DNA of 64,000 nt from Pseudovirgaria hyperparasitica (Eukaryota), in NCBI GenBank assembly GCA_010093815.1, contig ML996571.1; one strand, given 5' to 3'. Below, one piece after another: positions 62,901 through 64,000 of this stretch. The notes beneath the pieces were generated by a model. The model made no database searches. It saw only the letters and a program-made list of their open reading frames with translations, and was not told the DNA's origin. The translations under genes and the position numbers were made by a program. How positions within the stretch are numbered: position 1 is the first letter of the stretch; every line of letters begins with the position of its first letter.

Positions 62901-64000
62901 TGATGTCGGACTCGAGATATTTTTTGGCGATGGAAGAAGCTACCTACTCACAGGAGTTTCTACCTCCGTGAGAAATGATCTTTACAACAAGCTGAGTGCC
63001 CGAGCACCTCATATACACAATCCCAGCTCTATTGCGCAACTAGAGGGCTCCTGGCGTTTAGATGCACTACGGAATCCAGAAGAAGCTCCGCAGACTTTCG
63101 GCTCAAAGTTCGCAAACGTCTTCAACCCCTCTGCCATGTTCCCAGCTACAAAAAGATGGTTGAAAGGAGAAATCTCCAATTTCCACTACCTCATGCTTGT
63201 TAACACTCTAGCTGGCAGGACTTTCAATGACTTGACGCAATACCCAGTATTTCCATGGGTACTAGCAGACTACACGAGCGAAGAATTGGATTTGACGAAC
63301 CCACGTTCGTTCCGCGACCTCTCAAAGCCCATGGGTTGTCAGAGTGCTTCAAGAGAAGCCGAATTCAGGGACAGGTATCAATCTTTCGCTGAAATGGGAG
63401 ATCACAATGCCCCTCCTTTTCACTACGGAACGCACTACTCCTCCGCCATGATTGTCACATCATACCTCATTCGATTGCAGCCCTTTGTTCAGTCTTACTT
63501 ACTCTTACAAGGCGGCAGCTTTGATCACGCCGATAGAATGTTCTATTCGATCGAAAAAGCCTGGCTGTCTGCATCCAAAGACAACATGACAGATGTAAGA
63601 GAACTGACACCCGAGTTCTTCTATCTGCCTGAATTTCTCACGAACATCAACTGCTACAATTTTGGCACCAGGCAAGGCACAGGCGCAAAAATCGACAATG
63701 TGGTACTACCCCCATGGGCAAAAGGAGACCCGCACATATTCATTACCAAGCACCGAGAAGCTCTTGAAAGTCCTTTCGTGAGCAAAAATTTGCACCATTG
63801 GATTGACCTTGTCTTCGGATTCAAGCAACGAGGCGAAGCCGCAATCGAAGCTACTAATGTCTTTCACCATCTCTCTTATCAAGGTGCAAAGGATCTGGAC
63901 AACATTGAGGATCCGCTAGAACGTTTAGCTACGATAGGCATCATTCACAACTTCGGCCAAACACCACATCAGATCTTCTCGCGGTCTCATGTCCCCCGTG
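56973..64000 (+). CDS. BPH1: Beige/BEACH domain protein (Bph1/WDFY3-like), truncated by the window end; introns near 59613-59661, 60068-60122 and 60605-60650
   Basis: ConA-like region GYTIAAWIRID..WYHVAIVH, WQLDETEGRNRMRMR, PH region SKRRFLFRDVGLEIFF. BEACH motifs ISNFHYLMLVNTLAGRTFNDLTQYPVFPW, HYGTHYSS, DVRELTPEFFYLPEFL, WIDLVFG, NFGQTP. Confidence 0.95.

Noticed and set aside
1..64000. tRNA or rRNA genes
   Set aside because: None recognised by eye; tRNAscan-SE or Infernal would be needed to exclude them.

Overview
Intron-containing DNA from a filamentous ascomycete (Pezizomycotina; finer taxonomy cannot be established from sequence alone). Bases 1-~3400 are an AT-rich transposon relic mutated by RIP (repeat-induced point mutation). 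Reading its in-frame TAA/TAG codons as mutated Gln/Trp codons recovers a two-intron DDE integrase-core (IS3/IS481-like, IS3EU-type) transposase, plus a probable second ORF. The relic carries 17 copies of the palindrome CGTACG. About 19 protein genes follow: facB/Cat8-type Zn2Cys6 factor, 2OG-Fe(II) dioxygenase, a signal-peptide-bearing zinc nucleoside/nucleobase deaminase that is hidden in the ORF track, a second Zn2Cys6 factor, a C2H2 factor, USE1, SEC28, a doubtful AQTSP-repeat ORF, an ABHD12-like hydrolase, a quinate-permease-like MFS transporter, a PMC1-type Ca2+-ATPase, a low-complexity orphan, an SRPK-like kinase, a 10-exon GH43 galactanase, a conserved hypothetical protein, DOA1, a BTB protein, vacuolar subtilisin PRB1, and a BEACH protein that runs off the window. 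The best candidate for an undescribed system is the co-oriented dioxygenase + deaminase + Zn2Cys6 trio (7.9-15.4 kb). Its upstream regions repeatedly carry the palindrome (C)TCGGCCGA(G), suggesting a self-regulated module for scavenging or detoxifying nucleobases/nucleosides. All family assignments come from motif recognition by eye; no database searches were run, and splice coordinates are manual.
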